From the human T2T-CHM13v2.0 reference genome, Homo sapiens: a stretch of DNA of 64,000 bases. Below, in pieces: positions 39,023 to 58,556 of this stretch; the stretch's first letter is position 1, and every line of letters starts with the position of its first letter. The stretch lies in NCBI RefSeq assembly GCF_009914755.1, contig NC_060926.1; one strand, 5' to 3'. Below the pieces are notes generated by a model that saw only the letters and a list, made by a program, of their open reading frames with translations, was not told the origin of the DNA and searched no databases. Made by a program: the position numbers and the translations under genes.

Positions 39023-40319
39023 CTCTAATGTTACCTTCCAGCCATTTTAGAAGTCTACCTCCCAAGCACATATATTTAGGTTTTTAATCATTCTTGAATT
39101 TCTTGTTACATAGTATGTGAACTAAGGAATCTTTATTTTCCATCCAGCTAGCTAATTGTGCCAACACCATGCCACCCCTGTCAGATTCCCATTCCCCAAA
39201 TATGTGTGGTCCATTTCTAGTTTCTTCTGCTCTATTGTTTTTTTGTTTTTGTTTTTGTTTTTTTTTTTTGTCTAACCCTGTGGAAATATCACATCATTTA
39301 GATTACTATAGCCTCTTAAGTGCTGACATCTAGCAGGTATACATTGTCTTCACCATATTTAAATTTAGTTCCTTTTATTTTTCATTTTCAAGACAAGGTC
39401 TCACTCTGTTGCCCAGGCTGGAGTGTAGTGGCACCATAGCGCACTGCAGCATCGAACTCCTGTCCTCAAGCAATCCTCCTGCCTCGGCCTCCCAAAGTAC
39501 TGGGAGTACAGACATGAGCCACCGCACATGGCCTAAATCTAGTTCCTTCTAATAAAATGCAACTAATAATCCACATTCTAATATAAAGAGCTTGCATCCA
39601 TTTGGGGATATAATATTGAAAATTGTTCGCCCTTCCTATAATTATTTTGTGTGTTTCTGTTGTACATTTACATTTTTAATTGTACTCTGGGACCATGTTG
39701 CTCACTCATTTTAACCTATCACTCCCTTTCCTCCCCCTGTAAAACAGGATTAGTAACTATACCATGCCAAGTCATGTGGGAGCCTAAGGCAAATGGAAAA
39801 CTCTGTAATGATTATTTTTTTCCCTTTTTCTTTTTTTCAGCAGAGAGTAGATTCTGTCTTATTTAAAATGTTTATATTATGTTCGTCATTTTGCATTAGT
39901 TTTGACTTTTTTAATGTTGCATTAAAATATCTAAAATTTAAAAAAAAATTTATCTTGATTACTTGCCATTCCTTAAATTTTGTCCCCAAAGCAAGTGCTT
40001 CACCCTGGTCCCAGATGATATGTGAATTCCTGGGCCTTTGAAAAGACAATTTTCCTGATTTAAGGCAGATGTTCCCAAGAAGGAATAACTCCTTAGCCTA
40101 CTAGTACCCATTAGCATGAAACAGCGTTTTCTGGGGTGGCTCAGTAAAATGGAGGGAGCGCTAAGCTAAGAGAGTCCCGAGCTCCAGCAGCAGCCAGGTG
40201 CTGTTGGCTTCCTTACGCAGTGAGCTGTCTCTTAATACTTTGAAAACATGATGCTGAGAGAAAGCAAGTTATAAGGGGATGTCTTGTATGTAAATTTGTC
40301 TCCAAAATTAATTCCAAAA

Positions 40320-41645
<1,326 letters not shown>

Positions 41646-42790
41646 GGTACAATTTATGGATAGTAGTATGTACATATAAAACACACATGAAAATAATACA
41701 CATTAACTTTAGAACAGTGGTTACTTTTTTAAAGATATTGGGAAAAGGAGCTTTTTATTTTCTCCTTAAAAAAGGTAAAGATGTCAAAATGTGAAATCTG
41801 GGCAATAGGTAAAATTGTTGTATTTTTCTCTAATTTTCCATATGTTTGAATTTTTCATAAAATCTTGAGTTAAATAAAATACAGAAACAAAATTCAGTGT
41901 CCTAAATTGCCTTTCAGGAAGAGGGTACACATTTACAATCTTAATAGTATACAAGAGTAGCTATGTTTTTCACTTTCTTACCAGTGTTGCACATTGCCAA
42001 GCTGCTGGGTAAAATATTGTAACCTACATTTTCTTGATTTAATTCCCAATTATTTGATTACTAGTGAGTGAAAATGTTTTTCTCATATTTGCTTATTCTT
42101 TTATTGTAAGCCTGCTCACACATGTTAATTGGCAGCATTTTTTCTTAACATTAAAGGATATTCTGTTTACATATTTATAATTTTTCTTGATTTGTGAGAG
42201 CTCTTTATACATGTAGGATTTTAACCATTATTCTGTTACCTATGTCATGGATTATTTTCCTGAGTTCGCCATTTGCCTTTCAATACTGTAATACTGTGTA
42301 TGGTTTGTTGTTGTTGTTTTTAAGGAAAGATATTCACAGATTGGACTAAGACCAAAGGACATCTAGCCATACTGAAATGACCTAATTTTTGAAAAAAACA
42401 CAATCTCAACCTCATAGGGATTTCCCCCCCAAAAAAATCACATCATGCAACTTCTGAGCTTTTTCTTACACAATAACTTTTTGTTTCGATGCCAGCTTTT
42501 CCTACAGGCAGAATAAGGGCTTTCTACTCACTATGATTGGAGCGGTACTAGAGAGAGGGCTAAGATGCTCAGAGCTGAAGAGTATAAGAGAGCTCTCCTT
42601 GGTCAAAAATATTCCCTTTTACCCTTCATATACACTTTTAAATCAAATAGGATTTATTTTGTTTTATTTTACTTTAAAAGAATTGAAAATTTACATACAG
42701 TAAACTACAAAGAGCTTTTGTGTTAAATTTGATATGTTTCAACAAGTGTCATACTTTTACATTCAAAATTTTCAGAATTTTCTTTAACAG

Positions 42791-42841
42791 TTTCATCAAC
42801 CTTCAGTTGCATACAAAGACAATTTTTTATATCCTAAGTAA
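42791..42841 (+). CDS. PPM1B: Candidate distal alternative exon FHQPSVAYKDNFLYPK*
   Basis: aattttctttaacag|TTT CAT CAA CCT TCA GTT GCA TAC. In phase 0 it resembles the recalled mouse tail FYQPSIAYSDNVFLL. Possible donor AA|gtaaat at 42837/42838. Confidence 0.55.
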   Translation, partial: FHQPSVAYKDNFLYPK

Positions 42842-43587
42842 ATATTTACATATATTTTAAGACATTGGCCTTTTGAATATTTGTACTTTAATACAACTGG
42901 AACTTATTTCTGAGGTAAAAATCTAATATAACATTTTCCTATAGATTTTTCCATTATCCCTTTATACCAGCTGTTACATAAGCCAATCTTTTCTCATTAT
43001 TTGAAGTTGTCCTTTATGACATATTCATGTATATGCTTGTATTTTTATAAGCATTCTATTTTATCGTTTTGTGTTGTGTGTCAGTACCATGTCATCTTAA
43101 TTATCATAGTTTTACTATACATTTTATTATCTGATAGGGAAAATGCCCCTTATTATTCTACATTTACAAAAATTGAATGTGTTTATTTTTCCAGATGAAT
43201 TTTTCAATAACTTGGCCAAGATATCCCTGCCAAATAAAAATCTCATTAATGTGTTGATTGAATTGTTGTATGTGTAGATTAATGTAGGGGTCATTGGTAT
43301 CTTTAGCCAAGGTGAGTTCCACCAGGAAGATGCTACATCTTTCTATTTATACAAGTGTTTTTAATGTCCCCAGTACAGTTTTGTAATTTTCTCCATATGA
43401 TCTACACCGTTCTTAAATTAATTCCTTGTTATTTTATATTTCTTATTGCTGTGATGAGTGAACCCCCCTCCTCAGTATATTTTAAATGTATACCTTCTTA
43501 GACAACTAGTTTTATTTACTTACCAACCCCAATCCTGCAAGAAAAAAAAAAACCATATATATATATATATTTCAATTTCTATCATAT

Positions 43588-43601
43588 CCACCAGATGGCA
43601 G
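43588..43601 (+). promoter_or_regulatory. CTCF core motif
   Basis: CCACCAGATGGCAG matches CCASYAGRKGGCRS at all 14 positions. Confidence 0.6.
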
Positions 43602-43777
43602 TCTTGGGCACGTCCATCTGTAAACCTGCTGAGAGCTCTGGTGACAAGAAAGGCAGTGGCTGGCAGACCTTCCAAGCACTCAGAAGCACGCGGACAAAAA
43701 GGTTTTTTTGTAAACCCGAACGAAAAATAAACCCAGCATTATATAATTATAGTATTTGTACTGCTGTTAACCTTTAA
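43595..43777 (+). CDS. PPM1B: Candidate distal alternative last exon MAVLGTSICKPA... (60 aa in phase 0)
   Basis: ccaccag|ATG GCA GTC TTG GGC ACG TCC ATC TGT AAA CCT resembles the recalled mouse tail MADLSTSICKPS. AATAAA at 43726-43731. Confidence 0.55.
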   Translation: MAVLGTSICKPAESSGDKKGSGWQTFQALRSTRTKRFFCKPERKINPALYNYSICTAVNL

Positions 43778-44186
43778 TCTTATAACCCATTAGTGGAGAC
43801 AGAGAAGGACTGTCACTGTGCCCTTCAAAATCATATTTTTTCCTGTCCATGTGATAAACACCTGTGGCTTCTTGGCAGCACTTTTGGTTTGATTCCAGGG
43901 ACTCTTATGGTTAAAGGCAGGCTTTAATCTGGCGTTGTTTTCCTTCTCCTAAAAGCACCATTTAAATCGGAAGTTACTGGATTTCTAAACGGTTAAGACC
44001 GTCTTCCGACTGGTTTTTATCATTCCCAGATCTCTTCTGAAAGGAGGTGGTGTGCATAGTTAATATGAAAGGAACTGGCTTGTTCTACGCGAATACAAAT
44101 CTGAATAACTCTTATATATTAGACCTTTTTTTTTTTTTACTTTAGTGACTTCCAGTATCTATATTTAGAAGTGTATAATTACTTGA

Positions 44187-44187
44187 G

Positions 44188-44220
<33 letters not shown>

Positions 44221-44270
44221 TATATAGTGTGTGTGTGTGTATCTATGTGTATATATATACATATACACAT
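44187..44270. repeat. Compound (TA)n/(CA)n/(TG)n microsatellite
   Basis: Directly visible in the sequence. Confidence 0.9.
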
Positions 44271-44809
44271 GTGTTTTTAGGGCTTTTGGCTTTTTTAGGG
44301 CGGGACACGTGAATCTGGCAGTTGAGACAGAATTTTTCCTATAGCGGTGTAACAGTGTACAATACTAAACTAATGAAATGTCTTTCACTATCAACAATTT
44401 ACGTATCCATGCTGATTGCTTTAACACTAGAAAAAATATGCCAAAATAAACTACATTTTCTAGGCGCTTTCACACCAAAAACACACACACACAGCTGCTT
44501 GCCCATTTGAGAACAGCCAATAAAGCAAACTCTTTGAATGATTTGTGGTTTTGTGTCCCCAGAAGTTTTAACAGTAGTTCTGAAGATTTGTCATTTGTGT
44601 GTGCTTCAAAGATAGAGTAATACATTTTATAGCTGGGCAGATCTCTAACTATATAGTTATAAAATCTCAAAGCTGAGAAAACCCTGAATGCCAGATGATC
44701 TTTCAGCAGCCTCTAGTGTGAGTGTCAGGAATGAGTTCATTTCCATCTTTGATCAGCTCTGCCTGTCGTGTTGCATCTCTGCTTCTTCTCCTCAGTTGTC
44801 TTATTAACC

Positions 44810-45355
44810 CTCGGGGCTATGAAAATAAGTATTTAAAAGCTCCTGGAACCCACAAAAAACACTAAGCCTTGAGAGAGATGTAGTTGATCTGAGTCACATA
44901 TGCTAACAACTTTTTATTTCCCTGATTATTCTTCCTGTTCTGTACAATGACTAGAGAGAATAAAACTACATCAGGTACAAAAACCACCTGCCTTCTTAAT
45001 TAATGACCTTTGTTATAGATTAACTTCTCCTTTGTTGTCCTGCTTCACTTAGATCAGATGACAGAAAACCCATGACTACACCCTCTGTAAAAGGTGTTCA
45101 GTGTACCTTTCCCAAGAGAAACACTGCCTGTAACCAAATTGCTGTAACTATGTGCCAACCTTGTATGAAAAATGTTGCAATCCTGCCAAAAACTCCTGTC
45201 TCTGCCTATGGAAATGAAACCTTGAGCTTCCTTCCTTCAGCACGCTGACTCCATTCCTTTGGAGCTGGTGCTCCTGGGTGGGCTGTCCTCAAACTCTGCG
45301 CTTGAATTATCTGTTTAAATTAGATTCTGACCTTTTTGATTATTTTAGGTTGATA
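44810..45355 (+). mobile_element. Probable ERV1-class solo LTR
   Basis: LTR-like composition ending gattattttaggttgata. Subfamily not assigned. Confidence 0.45.
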
Positions 45356-47254
45356 GGGCCAAAATTTAACCCCACCTATTAGGATAACTTCCAGCATATT
45401 CTCTTTTCTGTCCCCCATTATTTCATTGATTACCATTATATATCCTAACGCCAACTGTATTCACCATCCAGGACCCTTTTCTCCCAATGTGCTCTCATTT
45501 TCTTGATCATTCTTAAAGTATGCAACCCAGAACTGAACATTTATGGGTAGCAGAACTGTCTCCTCCTTTATTCTCATTAATACTTTTCTGTTCTTCTATT
45601 TAACACCGAAATATTGAACTAGATTTTCTGGCAACTGCATGATACTGTTTGAGTCCTTCGAGCTTATTTTTGGTTGGTGTTTTGGTTAACCTATTTTGCA
45701 GGACCTTTATTTGTTCCTATTAAGTTTTCTTGGGTAAAATTTATTAACCTTTTGAGTTGGTTGTGGATTTATCTAAGATATGTTAGCTATCTTCTTCTTT
45801 CCAGTAACTCCAAAATTTCATACATAAACCTCCCATACTGAATGAAACAGGTCCAAGTACTGAGGCCCTGTGGGAGGCCTCAGAAACTTCTCTTCAGTAG
45901 GATGCAAATTGACCAATCTTTTACTCAACACCCATTAGGTAAGAATTTCAGCAATGTACTGATCCACTTATCTGCTCATATTTCTCCAGTTTATCTACAA
46001 GGATATCATAGGATTTTACATTCTTTGCAGAAGTCACTTGCATATAACCCAGCTTAAGCGGAGGCTTCACTTTGACCTATTCCTCTAGGTCCTTGCAAAT
46101 TTTTGGTGTTGGTTTTTGCTTGTGGTATTGCTTGCATCATTTATGCATTTTAAAAATCCTGAGCTTGTTACAATTCTTCCTGTGTAACTGCTGATTTCTT
46201 GGTTTTGTTTTTATTGTTGTTTTATTATTTTTAGGTACCTCTGCCTTTTTATTCTGTATGTATGTTATACTTCAATTAAAATATTTTTAAAAATATCCCT
46301 GATGCATTGAAAAAAATCAAAACTACAAGTTGCTCTGCAACCTGAAGGCCAACTGTAGCAGTGTAGGTTGGTTAAGGTAGAACAGTGCCTCATCCACAGA
46401 CACCAGTCGCATCACAGACACGTGGACTTAGATGTTGCAACCACTCTCCAGCAAGTGGCAGGAAAGTGTTCTAATTCTAATGAAACTAGTATAGTTATAT
46501 TGCAACAAATACCTGACAGGTGGAAGTAACATGACTTGCAAAAAAAGTGCTTTTTTTGGAAGTGGTTTTTCCAATTTACCAAATCTGCCACATGGGCCAG
46601 CAGCAGCCCTGGAGCCTTGAATTCCTCTGGGAGAGGAGACGAGGTAGCTCTGCACCCTACATTCTCCCCTACCTGATATATATCCTCTTTCTTAAATAAA
46701 AAAAATAAAAAAAAAAAAAGAACAATGGAAAAAGGCGACACTGTAGGACTGTGGCACAGGAATTAAGCAGCATCTGAGCAATCTTAAAGGACCAGTTTTG
46801 GTTTCCTAGGCTGGAGTTCAGCCTTTTTGGAAGGGCCTGTGACACACTCAGTATGTCCTTCTACAACTCTTATTCTCTTGACTTCCTCAGTCACCAGGCT
46901 GAAAAAATAGCAAATGAGAAAAAGTAGAAAGGAAGGGAATGCCCCAGATGTAGATAGCATTGTAAATTTCTGCAGATATATGTGTTATTTATAATGTGTA
47001 TATAGATAGTGTATATTTTTGTGCACATTTCGGTATATATGCTATACTTCAATAAAATTTTAAAGAACCTTGAATAATGCAATAAACCTTCATATATATT
47101 TATTTATATGAGGTTTCTGTTGGTGGAAAACATGGAAACAGTTGAATAGATGTGGATATGCTTCGGAGAATATGGATTAAAATATAAATTACATGTATGA
47201 AAAAGTCACTTTCAGGGAAGGAGGGCACACCTTCCAAGAGACAGGCAACAGTTT

Positions 47255-47700
47255 AGTCAGGGTAAGCTAACTTGCTATAACAGAACCAAATCTGTAATGT
47301 TCAAACATAACAGAAGTTTATTTCTTGTTCATCTATAGACCAGGCTAGGTGTTCCAGGTCAGAGGCTTCTTCTCTTCCATGTGGTGACTCAGGTTTGAGG
47401 CGTTTTGCATCTGGTGGCTACTATCACCCAGGGCCTTATTGTTATATATATCCCACCAGCAGAAGGGGAAAGAGAGCAAGGGAAGGGTACCCCTGCTTCT
47501 TCAAAGCCTCAACCTGAAGGTGGTGCACTTTGTTGCTATTCGCACTTCGTTGATGAGAACATGGCCACACTTAGCTGTAGGTGCAAGGTGTGGGGCTGAG
47601 AAACTATTCCTGGTTAGTAGCTGCATCGCAGCTACAACTCAGTTACTATGGAAGACAGGAAGCACAGTGTGAGAGCAACTCCTGTGTCTGCCACAGGCAG
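47255..47700. mobile_element. Old MaLR LTR (MLT1-like)
   Basis: agtcagggtaagcta...acagaagtttatttcttgttcat...acatggccacacttagctg. Confidence 0.55.
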
Positions 47701-47954
47701 CCATTCTCCAGAGCAGGTAAACAGGGTCCACCACTTCGGAGAGATGAGGCATACATATTAAGGCACTGTGGACAGAGAAAACGAATGATTCAAACACAAA
47801 CTTCAAAAATGAGATACTCCACGCACCCACCAGAATTACTAAGATTAAAAAGACTGATAATACCATATGTTGGCGAAGGTTTGTAACAACCAGAACTGTT
47901 GGCATTACTGGTGGAAGCATAATGACATAATCATGTTGGGAAAAGTTTTGGAGT

Positions 47955-48509
47955 TTCTTTTTTTCTTTTTTTTAATTACACTTTAAGTTCTAGGGTACAT
48001 GTGCACAACGTGCAGTTTTGTTACATAGGTATACATGTGCCATGTTGGTTTGCTGCACCCATCAACTCATCATTTACATTAGGCATTTCTCCTAATGCTA
48101 TCCCTCCCTCAGCCCCCCCACCCCCCGACATGCCCCAGTGTGTGATGTTCCCCTCCCTGTGTCCATGTGTTCTTGTTGTTCAGCTCCCACCTATGAGTGA
48201 GAACATGCTGTGTTTGGTTTTCTGTCCTTGTGATAGTTTGCTTAGAATGATAGTTTCCAGCTTCATCCATGTCTCTGCAAAGGACATGAACTCATCCTTT
48301 TTATGGCTGCAGAGTATTCCATGGTATATATGTGCCACATTTTCTTAATCCAGTCTTTCATTGATGGACATTTGGGTGGGTTCCAAGTCTTTGCTATTGT
48401 GACTAGTGCCACAGTAAGCATACGTGTGCATGTGTCTTTATCATAGAATGATGTATAATCCTTTGGGTATATGCCCAGTAATGGGATTGCTGGGTCAAAT
48501 GGTATTTCT
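47955..48509 (-). mobile_element. L1PA 3' end inserted into an older L1ME-type 3' region (~47790-49860)
   Basis: actttaagttctagggtacatgtgcacaacgtgcag is the canonical antisense L1PA 3'UTR. Confidence 0.9.
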
Positions 48510-48566
48510 TATAAAACAAAACATACACCTACATTATGTCCCATCATTTCCATGCCTAGGTATTTA

Positions 48567-49326
<760 letters not shown>

Positions 49327-50191
49327 TCACTGCAGTATAATCACAAAATAGAATGCTACTCAACAATAGAAAGAAAAGAACTATCACTCTATGCAATGGC
49401 TTGGATGAATCCCACAACATTAAGCTGAATAAAAGGAGCTTTACCCAAAGAGTGTACAGCATATGACTATGACTACGTGACTTTTTAGAAGAGGCAAAAC
49501 TATGATGAAGAAGAATCAGCCTGGTGGGTGCTTCAGTTGGGCAGGGGAGCTGGAGGTTGACTAGGAAGGGGCATGAGGGAACTTTCTGGGATGACAGGAA
49601 TGTTCTGTATTGTGATAAGAGGCTTGGGCTACACAGGTAGATGCATTTGTCAAAATGTAGCACATGTTCACTTAAGATGTATTCATTTCATTGTATATAA
49701 ATTTTATCTCAAAGGATAAAATTTATAAATGAATTTTAATCATATGCTTGTTGAAGTATTTAGGGGGGAATGCAGTGTTACCTGAAGTTTATCTTGAAAT
49801 GCATAAAGAAATAAGAGGGCTGGATGGATAGAGAGATGTATAGATGGATAGGTCTGTGATAAAACGTTATGAGACATCCAGACTGCTCAAAATGGAGAAA
49901 CAGGAACTGGACTGAGTCTTTCACATTATGCAAATAGAAAACCAGGCAAAATACCCGAAACAAAGGCTTATAGACACTAGGCTATAGGCAATGTGAAAAT
50001 GAGATTGCTGATTGAAGGTTAAAAAATGAAGTGTGTCCTTTGGTTTCACCAGCTTCCTGTCTAGAAGCAGTTTCCAGGCCATGGCACAGAGTATGGGAAC
50101 CCAGACAGAACTGGGTAGTCTTACTGAGTTAGCAAAGAGAAATCCGAATTTAGAGAGCCCACAGTGCTATATTTCAGCCAGAGAGCAGTGA

Positions 50192-50458
<267 letters not shown>

Positions 50459-50604
50459 TGAGCTCAAGCAGTTCTTCTGCCTTGGCCTCCCAAAGTGCTG
50501 GGATTATAGGCATGAGCCACCATACCTAGCTTCCTTAAAGTTTGGCTGAGTACTGAGATCCTATACAGGTGAGAGGAAACCCCACCTGAGGCCTGAAACA
50601 ACTA

Positions 50605-51279
50605 CAGGCAGACCTTGTTTCCTTGTGCTTCACTTTATTGCACTCCACAGACCCTGCATCAAGCAAGTCTTATGAATGAGCAAAGAAAGTGGTTTCTTGA
50701 GATGGAATCTACTCCTGGTGAAGAAGCTGTGAACACTGTTGAAATTACAGCAAAGAATTTAGAATATTCCATAAACTTAGTTGATAAAGCAGTGGCAGGG
50801 TTTGAGAGGACCAATTTCAATTTTGAACATTTTACTTTGGGTAAAATGCTACCAAACAGCATTGAATGCTACAGAGAACTCTTTGATGAAAGGAAGAGTC
50901 CAATGATATAGCAAACTTCATTGTTGTCTTAGTTTAAGAAGTTGCCACAGCTACCCTAACCTTCAGCAACTCCCACCGTGATCACCCAGCAGCCATCAAC
51001 ATCAAGGCAAGACCCTCCACCAGCAAAAAGCTTAGGATTCACTGAGGGCTCAGATCAATTATTAAAACACGTTAGCAAAAAGCATTTTTAAATAAGATGT
51101 GTCCTTTTTTAGACATAATGACATAATGCTATTGCACACATAATAGACTACAGTATAGTGCAAACATAACTTTTATATGCACAGGGAAACCAAAATGTTT
51201 GTGTGGCTCTCTTTATTGTGATATTCACTTTATTGTGATGGTCTGGAACTGAGTCCACAACATCTCCAAGGTGTGTCTG
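50605..51279 (+). mobile_element. Internally deleted Tigger1 with both termini
   Basis: ta|caggcagacc...ggtgtgtctg|ta (TA TSD). ORF 50615..50911 carries the transposase C-terminal remnant [24 protein letters not shown]. Confidence 0.85.
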
Positions 51280-51372
51280 TACTTGAAAGAAGTAGGCAGA
51301 ACAATGAATAAAATATACACAGGTCTAGGAGGAGTTTGTGTCCCCATAAGCCAGAGTGAAACAACTTCATAA

Positions 51373-51804
<432 letters not shown>

Positions 51805-52875
51805 TAAAGTCAAGTCTCAAAAAGTTCAAACCACTGTGAACCAGAACCAAATCTAACACTATTTAAAGGAATACAACAAAACCCAGCAACTACCAATGTA
51901 AAAGTCTCCATTTCCAGCATCCAATAACAAACTACCAGGCATGCAGAGAAGCAGAAAAAATATAACCGATAGGCAAGATACAAGCCAGTCAATAGAGACT
52001 GAGAAATGGCAAAGATGATGGAACTATCAACAGGTAAGTTAACATGGCTACTATTAAATATGGTCCATTTCTTCAAGAAGACAGAGGAAAATATAAGCAT
52101 GATGAGGAGAGTTGCAGAAAAAAATTTAAAATACAGTATTAGAAATTCTAGAGAAGAAAAATATAATATCTGAAATAAAAATCCGTTGGAATGGATTAAC
52201 ATTAGATTAGATACTGCACAACAAAAGATTGGTGAGCTTGAAGAAATAGCAATAGAAATTATCCAAAATGAAGCACAGAGAGAAAAATGATAGGAAAAAC
52301 AAAACAAAAGAAGAAAACATTAGCAACCAGTGAGAAAATATCAAGTGATCTAACATATATGCAGTTGGAGCATCAGAAGAAAGGATGGTGAAAAAATAAG
52401 GCCTAAAATTTTGTCAAAGCTGAGAACTATAAACCCTCAGATACAAGAAGTCCAAAGAACCATAGCTGGATAAATAGGAAGAAAACAACACCACATCACA
52501 TCATAATCAAATTGCTAAAAACCAGTGATAAAGAAAATCCCTTAAAAGACAGTGAAAGACAAATTATGTATAGAGAACAAAGGAAAGAATGACAGTATAT
52601 TTCTCATCGGAAGCTTCACAAACCTGAAGACACTGAAGAGACATCTTTAAAGCCCTGAATAATCTGCCAGTGTAGAATTCCTTACCTACCAAAAATAACT
52701 TTCCAGTGTTATTTGGACAACAACTCTTTCAGATAAACAAAAGCTTAGAAAATTCAAAAACTTTATAATTTTTCTCATTTTTGATTATTTGAAAGAAAAT
52801 TATTGGCCAGGTGCAGTGGCTCACACCTGTAATTCTAGCACTTTGGGAGACCAAGGTGGGTGGATCACGAGGTCA

Positions 52876-53150
<275 letters not shown>

Positions 53151-53836
53151 TTAAGTAAAATGTACGACAAAAATGACAAAAGATACGAAAGAGGAAATGG
53201 AGGTATGAGATTCTTACATAATACATGAAGCTGTATAATATTATTTAAAGGTGGAATGTGATAAGACAAAAGTGTATATTGTAAAATTCAGAGCAATTGA
53301 TTAAAAAATAAAGAGATATGGCTATAATGGCATTTAATGAAGATAAAATTAAATCATACAAATCAATTCAAAAGAAAGCAGAAAAAGGAAAAAATAAAGA
53401 GCAGGTACAACAAATGAAAAACAAATAGATTCATAGTGGGCATAAACCCAACCATATCCATGATTAGACCAAATGTAAATGGTCTAAACACTTCTGTAAA
53501 AGGCAGAGATTATCACCTGATGCAGTGGCATGTCCTGCAGTCCCAGCTACTCAGAGGCTGAGGCGGGAGGATTGCTTGAGGTTGGCAGTTCAAGGCTACA
53601 GTGTGCTATGACTGTGCCAGTGAATAACCGCTGCATTCCAACCTGACTGACATAGCAAGACCCAATCTCTTAAAAAAAAAAAAAAGGGCAGAGGTTATCT
53701 AGTTAGATAATATAATCATTTATGGAAAGTTCAACTATATATTACCTACAAGAAAACTTCCTTAAAAATAAAGACACAGATAAAGTAAAAGGATAGGAGA
53801 AAATGTACCATAAAAAATACTAATCAAAGGAAAGCT

Positions 53837-56285
<2,449 letters not shown>

Positions 56286-56960
56286 AAGAAAGCTAGGTAG
56301 CTATATTAATATCAGATGAAGTAGATATTAGGACAATGACTGATACCAGGGAGAAAGAGAGACATATCATAATGATAAAAGGCTCAATTAATTGGCCGGG
56401 CACAGTGGCTAACACCTGTAACCCCAGCCCTTTGGGAGGCTGAGGCTGGCAGTTCACATGAGGTCAGGAGTTCAAGACCAGCCTGGCCAACATGGTGAAA
56501 CCCCATCTCTACTAAAAATACAAAAAGTTAGCTGGGCATGGTGGTGCACACCTGTAGTCCTAGCTACTCAGGAGGCTGAGGCAGGAGAACCGCTTGAACC
56601 CAGGAGGCAGAGGCTGCAGTGAAACAAGATTGCACTACCGCACTCCAGCCTGGGTGACAGAGTGAGACTCCATCTCAAAAAAAAAAAAAAAAAAAGACTC
56701 AACTAATCAAAAGGATTATAAATATAAACATGTGTGTATCTAATAACAGTTTCAAAATACACAAGGCAAAAGCTGATAGAAGTAAGAAGAGAACTGGACA
56801 AATTCACCTTTATAGTTGGAGGTCTCAACACTTCTCTGTCAATAATTGATAGAACAAGTAGACAAAAAATGGATAAGGATATAGAAGACTTGGCCGGGCA
56901 CGGTGGCTCACGCCTGTAATGGGGAGGCCAAGGCAGGTGGATCATGAGGTCAGGAGTTCA

Positions 56961-57246
<286 letters not shown>

Positions 57247-57341
57247 TTAAATGCCCACAAAACATCCACAAAGATGGACTATGTTCTGGGCTATACAGGG
57301 AGTCTCACTAAATGTAAGGAAGGTTGTAATTATACAAGGCA

Positions 57342-58048
<707 letters not shown>

Positions 58049-58280
58049 TTTCCATGTTAGAATTAACCTAGTAATAACTGAAGGATAAAAACAACACACT
58101 GCTAAATAATTCATGTGCAAAGAATATATTACAAGTGAAATTAGAAAATACCTTGACTAGCATGAAAATGAAAACAATTTATCAAAATCTGTGGGCTGCA
58201 GCTAAGGCAGTGTTTACAGGGAAATTTATAACTTGAAACACATATTAGTCCAGTTGTGGTGCCTCACGCCTATAATCCTA

Positions 58281-58556
<276 letters not shown>

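Noticed and set aside
50615-50911. Possible domesticated transposase
   Set aside because: It is a short remnant of an internally deleted Tigger1 with no DDE core or ATG start.
51810-52307. 165-aa hydrophobic minus-strand ORF
   Set aside because: It is the antisense of A-rich L1 ORF1 remnant; the hydrophobicity is compositional.
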